Assembly (NCBI RefSeq): GCF_037042905.1
Contig: NC_087245.1
Coordinates: 43,898,001-43,962,000, forward strand
Origin: Lytechinus pictus
Taxonomy: Eukaryota
Direction of reading: 5' to 3'
DNA length: 64,000 bases
Shown here: piece by piece, positions 50,635 to 63,734 of the stretch
Layout of the letters: every line of letters begins with the position of its first letter
Numbering within the stretch: the stretch's first letter is position 1
The notes under the pieces: generated by a model
What the model saw: the letters and a program-made list of their open reading frames with translations, nothing else
What the model was told of the DNA's origin: nothing
Databases searched by the model: none
Position numbers and translations under genes: made by a program

Positions 50635-53051
50635 ATCCATTGACGTGCACTGAAGAACACCAGTACAGCGTGCTCGATCCAACATGTGGACATCGTAATG
50701 CTCCTTTCTCGTGTGCACATGGCTGGAAAGATCGCCCATGTAAATGCGATTCCCAGTGTGTGCTTTATAATGAGTGTTGCAAGGATGCCGAAGACATGTC
50801 TGCTGCTGGAACGTTGGAAACAAACAAGATATACCCTCACTCTGTTTATGACTCCATACCTGAGAGGATGGCTTGGGAAGATGACTTTTTCCCGTATATC
50901 TCATGTGCTACCGTTTCTGGTATTGATTACAACTATGGAAGCAATATTACCATCCTTTCTCACTACCAGATGATTTCTAAGTGCCCCTCCTATGTCCTTG
51001 CCCATAGCGTAATCCGTACCAAGTGTGAGAACCCGCAGGAACCCGACGAAGAATTGTACACACCCGTTACTGTTGAAAGCATCGGTCACTTTAGAAATTT
51101 TTATTGTGCATTGTGTCACGACATTTCTACCGGTATCGAGTTTTGGAGTTGGAAATGGTACTGTGGTGATATTGATGATGGTATTGTTAGTAGCAGTAGT
51201 AGTAGTAGTTCCACTGGAAGCAGTAGTGATTCGAATGAAAATCGAACCCAATACACAGAAAAAGAACTGATACAACAATACTGCTCTAAACAACTCAGAC
51301 CGTCAGAAGATATACCAAGTGATATGTACGCTCGGCATTGTTATCCTGGAGTAGATGTGACTTCGTGTTCTTTAGAACCTACGAAGTGTCCATCATACCT
51401 GGCACCTATAGTACACAATGGTACCATCTACCAGAATCTACACTGTGCTTATTGCAATGGCATTGACGTATGTGCAGACTATCGGGATTTGTGCAAATCG
51501 ATCACATTTGATGCCACATACATAGTCGGTGTGGGGACTGCATTTGCAGAATTCTTTAACTTTATTAACAGAAACCAGGAATTGGCATGTGCTGAAAATG
51601 AAGCCTTTGACCCACTGTCAAGCAAATGTCAATTGCTCTTTTGTTTCACAGGATTTGAATACAACACGACAAGAAAACAGTGTGAACGTCTACCGGTAGA
51701 TGAGAAAGGAGGGATATGCGTTATGTTCTATTCTCTCCAGGATGAAGTGAATATGACGTCATTGGACACTCAATACCTTCTGGCAACGGTAAATAATCTC
51801 CTCATTCAATCACCACTGGACACACTGACGTTCCCTTCCGTTGTGTCGGTGCCTGACATTTCCTGTATCCCCACTGGTGATTCGGAAAATGACTCTCGTC
51901 AGTCAATATGTAAAGTGTGCTTTGACACTGAAATGAACTTTACTACACTACCCCAAACGTCTTTGGAGTTCTATCAGGGTACTGCAGGTATCATAACCAA
52001 TGCAACGTCCACTTCGTACATGCCTTCATTCGGGAACCTGTCGATGATAGAATTGCTTATTGATGTTCCTGCAGGATGGGACTGTGTGTCCCACAACTCC
52101 TGGACATTTTCAGATTATGGCAAACCCACCCTGCTACCATTCCGAATTAACTTTACCAGAGAAAGGGCAGATTATATCATGAGTGTCTCCAGCATAGGTG
52201 ACGTTTGCACAGGCAACACCACCAGACTTGCTTGCGACACATATGTCAAACTAGATGCGAGTCAGTTTGAGATTGTGAAAAATCAGTCACAAGTATTTCT
52301 CCATTTCACCGGCAAGGATACAGTCCTGTTAGATGATGAGTTTCAAATAGGTCAAGATGGTTCAGCTCTTTACTGCCGGAAAGTTCCTGCTTATGAAGAA
52401 CGCAATTTACCTCCTGGCCTTGACACTATGAACACCATAGGAAATGCACTGTCTGTTGTTTCAGTACTGATTATCATAACAACCTATACCCTCTTTCCTA
52501 AACTTCTCAACTTGGCTGGGAAATCGGTCCTTACCTTATCTGTTGCCCTCTTACTCACATTTTTATTAGTGTTTGTGAGTGGAGTGAGCACGGAACATGA
52601 TGGCTTCTGCAAAGCAGTGGCAGCCATTACCCATTTCTTCTGGCTCGCTATCTTCTTCTGGATGAATGCCCTTGCCATAGATCTAAATCGCACATTTGGC
52701 ACCCGTGTCAAGATTAGAGTTGCCAGTAAATCTCAAAGATTCTACGTTTGGTACTCCCTCTATGCCTGGGGCGTACCGGCTTTGATCGTAGGTGCTTGTC
52801 TGGTCATTGACCTTTGTGGCTGTACTAATCTGCGATTCAGCTACGGCAATGATGAGCTTTGTTGGTTGTCCAGTGGCGATGCAAATCTGTATGCCTTTGG
52901 TGTGCCTCTGTTAGCACTTCTGTTCCTGAATGCGATCTTGTTCATAGACACGGTGGTTGGAATTAGACTTACCAAGAAGGCCTCAGAGAAAGCACTTAAG
53001 AAGCGACCAGCACTTGCTAAAGCCAAAGAAGAGTTATCACTGTACATCAAG
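50635..53051 (+). CDS. SMB-domain class-B (secretin/Methuselah-like) GPCR, large exon: ectodomain plus TM1-TM5
   Basis: Acceptor ccatacag at 50634 (phase 1) and donor AAG|gttagt (phase 0). SMB motif CKCDSQCVLYNECCKD; two N-x-x-CA-x-C motifs; 7tm_2 signatures CKAVAAITHFFWLAIFFWMNALAIDL, YAWGVP and CWL. Confidence 0.9.
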
Positions 53052-53785
53052 GTTAGTATTTCACAATGTACACAATTTACAATGTCTGCTTGTGCTTTTA
53101 CATATACCCTCCTCTCTCAAATGTTATCTCCAATTATTAAAAAGTGATATGGGCCATCAATCACTAGTAGTGATTCAAAGGTTCAAATACTCCGAAGGCT
53201 TTATATTTTGAAAATTTATTAGTCCAAAGGTTTATTAAGATGAAGGCTTGTTATTCCTGAGGTTGCTTCTTCCGAAAAGGAAATAATCTTTGTTATTCTG
53301 AAGGTTCGATAGTCTGAAGATGAAGTGAGGTTTGTATAGTTTTAGTTGTTTTCAGACTAACAACCCTATTTCATTTTCAGACGACATACAAATTTTTCAT
53401 TTTTGAACTTCTGAACATCGTGGTGTATGTAATATATACGTTTTGGAATAACAAATATATATCTGAATGCTTTTTATCTTACGAGCTATCATCCACCAAT
53501 TGCGACCACATTTGAACTATTTTGTTCATTTGTTTATAATGCTAATTGTGTTTTACAATTATTACAGCTAGGGGTCTCCTTTTCATTATTCCTTTTGTGT
53601 ACCATTTCTCTTTCTGTTTCCCCATCCCCCATATCTGCTTGCATGTTACGTATAGATTGAACTTTTACTCTGTTAAAAAAGCATCTTGTTTTATGCCTTA
53701 AACAGCACTTTGTATCACATCGTCTAGAAAAGGCGCTTTTTAAACCCGATTTTCATTCTCATTATCACTATTATTCATCTGTTAA

Positions 53786-54474
53786 CCCTAAAAGGACTGG
53801 GCTATTTGAGATCTATTGAGGACGGGGGGGGGGGCATCATGCCCCCCCCCCCCTTCTGATCTCGGCCGCCGTTCGCACGATCGCGCCGAAGTTCAGTATG
53901 CACATTCCTTACCACATAAACTACAACATTGTATTTTTTTTTTATCTGATAATTGTTGTTTTTTACGTATTATGAATAAAATATGCAAATTTATTCATAA
54001 AAAACGTTATTTGCATATTCAACACCCAATTTCACTTCAAATTTTCTTATTTTTGCAGATCGCTTATTTGTAATCTAATTTACAGGTTTCCACAAAGAAA
54101 AATTGCAAAAGCCAATTTTTTCCTTATGAATTTCATTGTTTTTAGAATTTCTTTGTTTTTCATTGTTTTTTCAATGGAAATCATATAAGACTATTTAACA
54201 ACTAAATTAAACCCTAAATTAATTTAGCAGACCGATTAGAACAAAAAATAATCACCCCACCCTTTTATGAATTTCATCTCCCATAGACTTTGTACACAAA
54301 GTAAAAACATTTCCGGCATGACATTGTCTCGAAAAAAGTCACGTGACGTCGCGATGCTATACCCTTATGTCGCGAATTTGGTCTCAAAAGTTGCGCGAGA
54401 CTTTTTCCCTTTTGGAAATATCGCACGAAGCGTCGAGGGGGGGGGGGGCATCATGCCCCCCAGTCCTTTTAGGG
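53786..54474 (+). mobile_element. piggyBac-type MITE in the GPCR intron
   Basis: TTAA|CCCTAAAAGGACTGGG ... CCCAGTCCTTTTAGGG|TTTA. Confidence 0.85.
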
Positions 54475-54796
54475 TTTATCTCAGTTGATGAAAATGGCAA
54501 CTTTTTGTTTGATGCCCCGTCAACAAAGAGTTATGATTGATCCGATCAATGTCAAGTATATGGAAACCCATCAATTTCATAATTGTTTCTTCAGAAAATT
54601 TGCTCAATTTCTTTTGAAAACAAGCATACTCAATTATCCAGAAAAACAGTGAATGTATGAATATACATCATTTCTAGAAAAATATTTTAAACAAACATGT
54701 ATTTTTAGATGTTGACGTTGCTGACTTTCCATAGTTGCGATTGATCGGATTAATCGCAACTCTTTGTAAGACGGGGCCATGATTTTCACTCCATAG

Positions 54797-55048
54797 TTAT
54801 CTGGTGTGATGGGTTTTACGTGGATCCTGGCCTTCATCTGTGAATACGCCAATGTCCCAGAACTCTGGTACCTCTTCACTGCTGTCAACTCATTGCAGGG
54901 TGTCTTCATCCTCCTTGCTTTTGGATACAACAAGCGAATCATCACCTTGTGGAAGGTGAAACTTGGAATGCAGAAGGAGCTCACCTCCAGTACTAGTGAT
55001 AATAATACAAAGAGCACCAGTACCGGTACCACCCGGGCTGAGAAGTAG
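54797..55048 (+). CDS. SMB-GPCR last coding exon: TM6, TM7 and C-tail
   Basis: Acceptor ttttcactccatag, phase 0. LSGVMGFTWILAF..LWYLFTAVNSLQGVFILLAF..AEK* contains the class-B MG.TW and NSLQG motifs. Confidence 0.92.
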   Translation, partial: LSGVMGFTWILAFICEYANVPELWYLFTAVNSLQGVFILLAFGYNKRIITLWKVKLGMQKELTSSTSDNNTKSTSTGTTRAEK

Positions 55049-55060
55049 CCACAGTGCTAA

Positions 55061-55400
55061 AGGCCATCGCACACCTAACGATTGGTTTGGGACCCGATTT
55101 CGAAATTAAACGTTGGAACATTTGATGCGAATATTTAGACATGGAACATCTTACTGTGCAAGGTTTCATATCATTGTACAACTTTTCTTCAAAACAATGA
55201 ATATGTCAACCTCCTTTTCGGAATAAAAGTTAATTCAGCTTTTACTCCATACTAAAGGCTTGCAATAAAAAATTAGTATTCTTACAGTTAATTTGAATCT
55301 CAAAAATTATCTTGAATTCATTAATATTACAAGAAAATAAACAAAATACATTTTGATCCAAGATTGAATCGTAGAGCAGTCATAAGGTGTGCGGTGGCAT
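55061..55400. mobile_element. Harbinger-type MITE in the GPCR 3' UTR
   Basis: TAA|AGGCCATCGCACACCT ... AGGTGTGCGGTGGCAT|TTA. Related to 14366-14780. Confidence 0.75.
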
Positions 55401-56119
55401 TTAGTCCAATGATAGAGAGCTTCAAATTTCTCATCTGATTTGGGGAAATCATTCTTGCTACGCATGCACCAAAGTCACACAAATTCACACCGCGGCAAGG
55501 TTGACTGTGTCATATGTACTACCAATACTGATGGAACAGCAGATCCACAAAATTTTACACACGATCAAATGTAATTCACATCATAACCAGTATCAGTACC
55601 ACCAACAAATCAGGGTGACGCTATTTACTAACTGCTCTTTCAAGCTACATTGTATCATTAAACTTTATTCACTATGCATAATGAGGGAGAATAAGGGGAG
55701 AGAAGATTCCGCATGACAAGTTGTTTTCAACATTGAAACAACAAATGAATTTTCAGAGGGAAAAATACAAATTTCAGTCAAAAAAGTAAAAAAGAGGTGT
55801 GAAATAGATAAGCGCTTTTACCCACATGCATCTTTAAATATAATAAAGACATAAGAACAATATTGTTAGTCCAGTTATGGATCCTCATTCTTGTCACAGT
55901 CTTTTACATGATGGATGCATAAGAAATGTGTTGTGAAAATCACATTCAGTTCGGACTGGGGTAGGTTGAGCCTTGGTAATTCATATGGTAATGTATATAA
56001 AACAAATTGAAAAGCCATTGATATGCAGGCAGAAAGGACCAAACTCACAATACATTTGTTTTACTTTTAGAGGATGTTAGTATTTATGGAGAATTAGCAA
56101 GTGAAAAGACTTTAAATAA

Positions 56120-56998
56120 AACAAGTGGAGCGCCTCTGGCAGTCTCACCTGCATTACGCAATGCGATATAGCAGCAGTGCTTCCTTTGAAAATAGCTAAT
56201 GAATATTATTCACAGAAGAAAACACAAGTATGATAATAAACATATTATGCCCATTGACCCAAAATGACCTTTGACCATGATCATGTGACCTAAGACATGT
56301 GCAAAACAATCATTCATACTTGATTATCCTTATGTCGATGTTTCATGAGCTAGATCCATAAACTTCCTTAGTTATGATGCCAATTCAACACATACTCCTA
56401 ACACGGCCAGAGTTAATTGACCTTTAAATGACCTTTGATCTTAGCCATGTTCCTGAAATGCATACAGGGTATTCAGAGATACACTGCTGCTCTTATGTCC
56501 ATGTTTCATGAACTAGATCCATAGACTTTTCAAGTTATGATGACAATTCCTCAAATAACCCTAACATGGCCAAAGTTTGTTGACCATAAGTGACCTTTGA
56601 ACTTAATCATGTGACCTGAAACTCAGGCAGGATCTTCAGTGATATACTATTACCCTTATGACTCTGTTTTATGAACTAGGTCTATATACTTTCGAAGTTA
56701 TGACAACATTTCAAAAACTTAACCTTGGTTAAGATTTTGATATTGATTTCCCCAACATGGTCTAAGTTCATTGACCCTGAATGACCTTTGACCTTGGTCA
56801 TGTGACCCCAACCTCAGGCAGGATGTTCAATAATACTTGATTACCCTTGTGTCCAAGTTTCATGAACTAGGTTCATATACTTTCTAAGTTATGACAACAT
56901 TTCAAAAACTTAACCTTGGTTAAGATTTCAATGTTGACGACGCCGCCGCCGTCGGAAAAGCGGCGCCTATAGTCTCGCTCTGCTATGCAGGCGAGACA
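56120..56998 (-). mobile_element. HINE/Helentron-type element, complete
   Basis: AACAAGTGG..GTCTCACCTGCA and GTCTCGCTCTGCTATGCAGGCGAGACA ends. Same family as 20558-21857. Confidence 0.85.
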
Positions 56999-57002
56999 AA
57001 AA

Positions 57003-58734
57003 TACTATAAAATAATTATTCATATAATACACCATTCATATAATGATACAATACTACATTCATTGGCATTTGACCTTGATCATGTGACCTAAAACTTGTT
57101 AGTAGTACATGGTTACCCCTATATCCACGTTTTATACACTATATCTATAAACTTTGAAAGTTATGACAGCAATCTAATAAAATGGCCAAAGTTCAATGAC
57201 CTTAAATGACCTTTGAATTTGGTCATGTGACCTGAAACTCACATGAGATGTTTAATGATACTTGATGACTCTTATGTCCAAGTTTTATGAACTACACCAA
57301 TATACTTAGAGTTATAATGGTAGTTCAACAAATATCCCCAACATGGCCAAAGTCAATTGACCTTTGACCTTAGTCATGTGACCTGAAACTCGCACAAGAT
57401 GTTCAGTGATACTTGGTTACTCTTATGTCCACGTTTTATGAAATAGACCAATACACTAACAGAGATATGGTAATTCAACAAATACCCCCAACATGGCCAA
57501 AGTTCATTGACCTTAAATGACCTTTGACCTTGGTCATGTGACTTGAAATCCGCACAGAATGTTCAGTGATACTTGGTTACTCTGATGTCCACGTTTTATA
57601 AGTCAGATTCATAAACTTTTAAAGTTATGATGGTAAATCAACAGATACCCCCCAAAAAACATGGCCAAAGTTCTTTTACCTTTGACCTTGGTCATGTGAC
57701 CTGAAATTCGCACAGGATGTTCAGTGATACTTGATTACTATTATGTCCAAGTTTTATGAACTAGACCAATAGACTTCCAAAGTTATGATGGTAATTCAAC
57801 AAATACCCCCAACTTGGCCAAAGTTCATTGACCTTACATGACCTTTGAACTTGATCATGTGACCTGAAACTCGCACAGGGTATTAAGCGATACTTGATTA
57901 CTCTTATGTCCAAGTTTCATAAATCAGATCCATAAACTTTCAAAGTTATGATGGCAATTCAACAGATTGGCTATCAGATAACCCCATTATGGCCTAAGTT
58001 CATTGACCTTTGACCTTGGTCACGTGACCTGAAATTCGCACAGGATGTTCAGTGATACTTGATTACTCTTATTTCCAAGATTTATGAACTAGACCAATAA
58101 ACGTTCAAAGGTATGATGGTGATTCAACAAATACTCCCAACTTGGCCAAAGTTAATTGACCTTTGACCTTGATCATGTGACCTGAAACTCGCACGAAATG
58201 TTCAGTGATACTTGATTACTCTTTTGTTTAAGTTTCATGAATCAGATCTATAAATTTACAAAGTTATGATGGTAATTCAACAGATACCCAAAATTTGGCC
58301 AAAGTTCATTGACCCTAAATTACCTTTGACCTTGGTCATGTGACTTGAAACTCAGGCAGGATGTTCAGTAATACTTGATTAACCTTATGTCTAAGTTTCA
58401 TGAACTAGGTTCATTTATTTTCTAAGTTATGATGACATTTCAAAAACGTAACCTTGGGTTAAGATTTTGATGTTAATTCCCCCAACATGGTCTAAGTTCA
58501 TTGACCCTAATTTCCCTAAATGACCTTTGACCTTGGTCATGTGACCAGAAACTCGGGCAGGATGTTCAGTAATACTTCATTAACCTTATGGCCAAGTTTC
58601 TTGAACTAGGTTCATATACTTTCTAATTTATGCTGTCATTTCAAAAACTTAACCTTCGGTTAAGATTTGGTGTTGATGCCGCCGCCGTCGGAAAAGCGGC
58701 GCCTATAGTCTCACTCTCCTATGCAGGTGAGACA
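57003..58734 (-). mobile_element. HINE/Helentron-type element lacking its 3'-terminal ~70 bp, about 10 tandem units
   Basis: 5' end TGCAGGTGAGACA at 58722-58734. ~155-bp GACCTTTGACCTTGGTCATGTGACCTGAAA units. Abuts the previous copy. Confidence 0.85.
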
Positions 58735-60011
58735 AAATTGTCATGCTGGTTCTTGTCCCATAGATTTTGTACATAGTTTTTTTACTTTTATTTGACTTTT
58801 ATTTTTCAAAGGTGACAGTGACTATCAGTGTGGGGTCGAATGTTATATATATATACATGTAGGTAAAAAAAGGTTTCCCAAGAATCAAAATTTAAAGCAA
58901 GGTACTTATTTCTACAAGATTATGAATCATATAAGTTTTAACATGAAAAAAGAAAAAAAAATGGCTCAACTTACCCCGCCTTCCCCTACTTGAATGTAGA
59001 AGAAATTAAATGAAAGGTTCAAATAATAATGAGAAAAGAAGGTCTGAACTTGAAGTTTGTAGACTACTAAAGCATGAGATATGTACACTGTGCAATCTCT
59101 ATAAAACTTCCACGCTGTCAGGGAAAAATTATGTAAAATTTCCTCCTGTATCTCATCTTTGATTAAACTTTACAATTTCAAATTCTGAGAGTGGGAAGAA
59201 AAAGGGTACCTCTTTCAGATAAGCCAAAAAATTGTTTTCACTACTTTCAGAAAACATTCCTTGGTGACTCATTGCTGGTTTTGGAATGGCAGGTTACAAA
59301 TAATTTACAAAATGTTTTAGTGTGATCATGTCACATACTTTATGATAAAGCATTCATTTAGTACCGTAGTTTTTCAAGTGACACTTGATCATAACTGATA
59401 TTTCATAGAATAGAAATGAAAGTTAAGAAAGTTGTAAATACATGAATTCATATGTATACATAAATCAATGTTGCCTAAATTCAAAATAAAGTGTACAGAT
59501 AAGAAAGATTTCAAAGATGAAAATGAAATAATTCATATATCTCTATAGGAATTAAATTAAAATTGAAAAAAAAAATGTACAGAAAACACATTTATGATAA
59601 TTTTTTTTAAATATTAACTCATAATGCAATTTTAAGAAGTTGCTATATACTTCGCAATTGAATAAAATAATTTTTGGAGAAAAATATAGGAGTGCATACA
59701 TTACATTGCTGAAAGTAAATGTATCAAACATACAGGATTCTGGATGAAGGTAAAAAAACATACTTGGAATACATTAATTTAAGACAATTAAATCGCTTTC
59801 AAACATCTTGTCCAATTCCAGATCCCTTGTTTTCATCAAAATTACACACTAAAGAATACAGAACGAGAAAGATATTTTTTGTCATATTTTCAGATTCAGG
59901 TTCTTTTTATTTCCGATGTAATTGTACAAATGCATTCATAAGCACAGAGAATAAAGAATTTCTTTAGGAAACAATACAATAGGAAATTGCCTTAAAAATT
60001 GACATACTTAA

Positions 60012-60726
60012 TCCTAAAAGGACTGGGGGGGGGGGCATGATACCCCCCCCCCCCTCGACGCTTCGCGCGATATTTCCGAAACGCTAAAACATAGCGCTGC
60101 AAAATTTTACGACTTTTTTCTTTGAAGTCTCGCGCAACTTTTGAGACCAAATTCGCGACATACGGGTAATCTATTGCAACGTCACTTTTAACGAGGCAAT
60201 GTCATGCCGAAAGGCTCATTTTATACTTTGTGTACAAAGTCTATGGGAGATGAAATTCATAAAAGGGTGATTATTTTTCGTTCTAACTGGTCTGCTAAAT
60301 TAATTTAGGGTTTAATTTAGTTGTTAAATGGTCTTAAATAATTTCCATTGAAAAAAAAACAATGAAAAACAAAAAATGGAAAAAACAATGAAATACATAA
60401 GAAATTCTAAAAATTTGTGGAAACCTTTAAATTAGATTTAAAAGATGACATCTGCAAAAAAAAGAAGAAAATTTGAAGTGAAATAGGGTGTTAAATATGC
60501 ACATTATGTTTTTCATGAATAAATTTGCATATTTTATTCATAATAAAAAAATAATTATTTTCAGAATTTTTTTTAGCACTAGTTTGTAGTTTTTGTGGTA
60601 AAGAGTGCACGTGCCAAATTTCGGCGCGATCGCGCGAACGGCAGCCAAGATCAGAAGGGGGTGGGGGGGGCATCATGGCCCACCCCCAGTCCTTAATACA
60701 TCTCAAATAGCCCAGTCCTTTTAGGG
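60012..60726 (-). mobile_element. piggyBac-type MITE, inverted copy of 53786-54474
   Basis: TTAA|TCCTAAAAGGACTGGG ... CCCAGTCCTTTTAGGG|TTAA. The body is reverse-complementary to the intronic copy. Confidence 0.88.
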
Positions 60727-61059
60727 TTAAGGTTTTAAACATGCAATCATCTGGGTAAAATCACATGAATAAACACAACCCTGTGCCGCAAGAAGAGTTT
60801 ATAAGAACCCTTGCGTTATTTAAGTTGCTTTTAATCAAATAACAGCTGTTACCAAGCCTAATTTGTTTACCTTGACAGCCAATCACAGCTTGTCATTTAG
60901 CATCCATTGTCTATTTCAGTTCCGTTATTGTTTTATTCTAGTGTTATGTTCATTCATGTGATTTTACTCGGATGAGTGCACGTCCAAAAGCTTGTGTCCA
61001 TTTTTAAGGAAATTTTTTACGATTTTGCAGTAAAAAAAAATTCTTTAAGATAGGATATA

Positions 61060-63174
61060 GGGCGATTCCACACTAGAACTTCATAAATAATCAAAAATTT
61101 CAACGTGCTTTCAATAAGTCATAAGTAGTGTAATATTTTACTATGATACCTAAATTTTATGAAAATTATGAGTTTTAACAAAAAGTGAAGTCAGATAGTA
61201 TAGTTTTTTTGGGGGGCAACAATGGAATTTTCAATTTTCAATAATTTTGCTGATTAAATATTCAAGTACAAACACTGCCTGAAACCATTGACAGAGCACG
61301 AGAAGATTGAAAATATTGCAGGTCAATGGAATAATGTATCATTGATGGTTCCAAATAATATCTACAACATTTTCATGATCCATAATAGGGGCAGCCCTGA
61401 TTTTTCCGAACCTATTTTTGGCAATGTCCCGTATGACACATGAAAATGCAAAAGTTTTTCCTACACTTTTATATTTGATGATGCAATCTTACAATATCAG
61501 TTTCTCTATCTTTGAGCCATGGGTGATCGATTTATCCTATAAGGATCTAATTACTGCCCTTCATTTTTCAATAATTGTCCTACTAAAAGTTGTCCCGTAC
61601 GACACAGTGTGTGTCATACGGGACATGTTCCGTACGACACACAATATATACTGCATTTCATTGCAGGATTTGGATTCAGAAACTATAAACAGTAGGCCTA
61701 TTCTAACTTAAGTAATTGATTTGACATTAAGTGAACTGAATAGGTATTTTTATCCTCATAAAACATGAAATACGTGATTCTAACCATTTTAATTGACTTC
61801 ATGTAGGCCTATTCTTTTGTGAATCCCTTCAACTAAACTGGTGATTTTCACTGGTCAGGCTTGTTAATTTCGTTGTCATTGAGCATGAAAAGAAAACCTT
61901 TATAGTTAATTTACCCTAGCATGGAAGATGATTTCCTCTTGCATGCTATTGTGAAATTATTACAAGATGTAAAAACATATATAAATTTACATATCAATCA
62001 TCTATTTGGACCTCCCTTGATGATCACTATTTTTTATATACAGTATTGAAACTCGTTACTTTTCTCAAGTTAAAAAAATCTGGAAAATAAGACAAACCAT
62101 GTTGTTAAAAAATCTGGAAAATAAGACAAACCATATGGTTTCATAAAATGCAGAAAAGTTTTAAAAAGTGAACTCGCATTTCTTTAGAAAAAAATATTTT
62201 GTGGAAATACAAGTGACAATTGTGACAAATATACATTTTATATGAAAAATCACAACATTTTAGCTCCATAATTTATACAAACAGTTTCATTAATTCATGG
62301 TTTAAATAGTTTATTATAAATCATCACTTAATTCACTAATATTTAACTTTACACAAAACCTTTAAAAATGCTGTGAGCCATTTTACATTTCCCATCATGA
62401 CAAAATGATGATATATTGCTCCCAATTGTATATATAACTGATAGAATGAGGTTACTTAATTATATCGTCCTGCATGACTACTTAATAAGACTTTTCACTA
62501 AAAAGGAAGAAATTAGGGGCAATGCTCCCTTTCTGATTGATAAAAAGTTCATTGTTTTATACAGGCTGTCCAGTAGAACACGCAAGTGCCTGTACAACAC
62601 ACAAGTGTCCCGTATGACACAGTATTTTGTTTATGATATATTGACAGAAATATTCAGCCAATAGCGGTTTCTAACATAATAAATGTCTTTAGTTTGATAG
62701 GATTATCATAATCAACAGCCAAATAAAAGTGATTAAAGAAGTCAAAGAGACATAAAGTAAGATAGTTTGGCTTCAATTTAGAGTTGTCCGTACGACACAT
62801 TTTGAGTGTCCCGTACGCCACAATGTTCTCGAAAATTTATATTTGCTTTTATATTTATTCACGAATGTTTATTTTGATTTCTTTCATATATGTGTTTGTT
62901 CTTGGGTAATTGAATATCAATTTGAGTTCAGTTTTTATGAAAATTATCTGGCCAACTCACAGACTTTAGAGTACAAACTTTAGGTTTCTAAAAAAAGCCA
63001 CTTTTTCTGCGTCCCGTACGACACATTACTATTTTAAATCTGTATTATACAGGATGTGAACACTCTGGTAGTACTTGATGATCACCTTAAGTTACTGGAA
63101 TATTTTTTGTTTTTCTTGTCGAAAAACTGTCAAATGTTCTCTAAATGTCCCGTACGACACGTATGGAATCACCC
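61060..63174. mobile_element. 2.1-kb non-coding DNA transposon with GGG..CCC termini, TA/TATA flanks and a repeated 15-bp motif
   Basis: TATA|GGGCGATTCCA ... TGGAATCACCC|TATA. About 9 copies of TGTCCCGTACGACAC. Confidence 0.75.
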
Positions 63175-63265
63175 TATAGCATTATGTTGGTAAATTACAA
63201 GTACCTTTTATTGGAAACCCATTAATGTAAACAAATCATAACATAGAATAGAGGTCTGGAAGGAA

Positions 63266-63734
63266 CGCATACATTCGTAATTCCGAAGCCTCGTTATTCC
63301 GAAGGTTAGGATATTCCGAAGGTTCGTATTTCCGAAGGTTCGTAATTCCGAAGGTTCGTTAGTCCGAAAACGAAATGAGGTTCGTAATTCCGAAGGTTCG
63401 TTAGTCCGAAAAGGAAGTGAGGTTCGTAATTCCGAAGGTTCGTTAGTCCGAAAACGAAATGATTAACAAACGTTATTTCGTTTTCGGACTAACGAACCTT
63501 CGGAAGAACGAACCTTATTTCGTTTTCGAATTAACGAACCTTCGGAACAACGAACCTTATTTCGTTTTCGGATTAACGAACCTTTGGAACATCGAACCTT
63601 ATTTCGTGTTCGGATTGTCGAACCTTCGGAATAACGCCACAAATGTTCGGATTAACGAACCCTTTTACGTTTTCGGATTAACGAACATCGAGGTATAGGC
63701 AATTTACGTGTTTCGGAATTACGAAGTGTAACCG
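63266..63734. mobile_element. Complete foldback MITE made of TTCG(N6)CGAA arrays, 7-bp TSD GAAGGAA
   Basis: GAAGGAA|CGCATACATTCGTAATTCCGAA ... TTCGGAATTTACGAAGTGTAACCG|GAAGGAA. Array orientation flips at ~63465. Confidence 0.8.

Noticed and set aside
53052..53147. C-terminal 31 aa of the 835-aa ORF
   Set aside because: Read-through into the intron past the AAG|GTTAGT donor. TM6-7 are on the exon at 54797.
63280..63450. Heat-shock element cluster (cGAAggTTCg)
   Set aside because: Only two-unit nGAAn pairs. The third correctly spaced unit is absent, and the pattern is explained by the foldback repeat unit.
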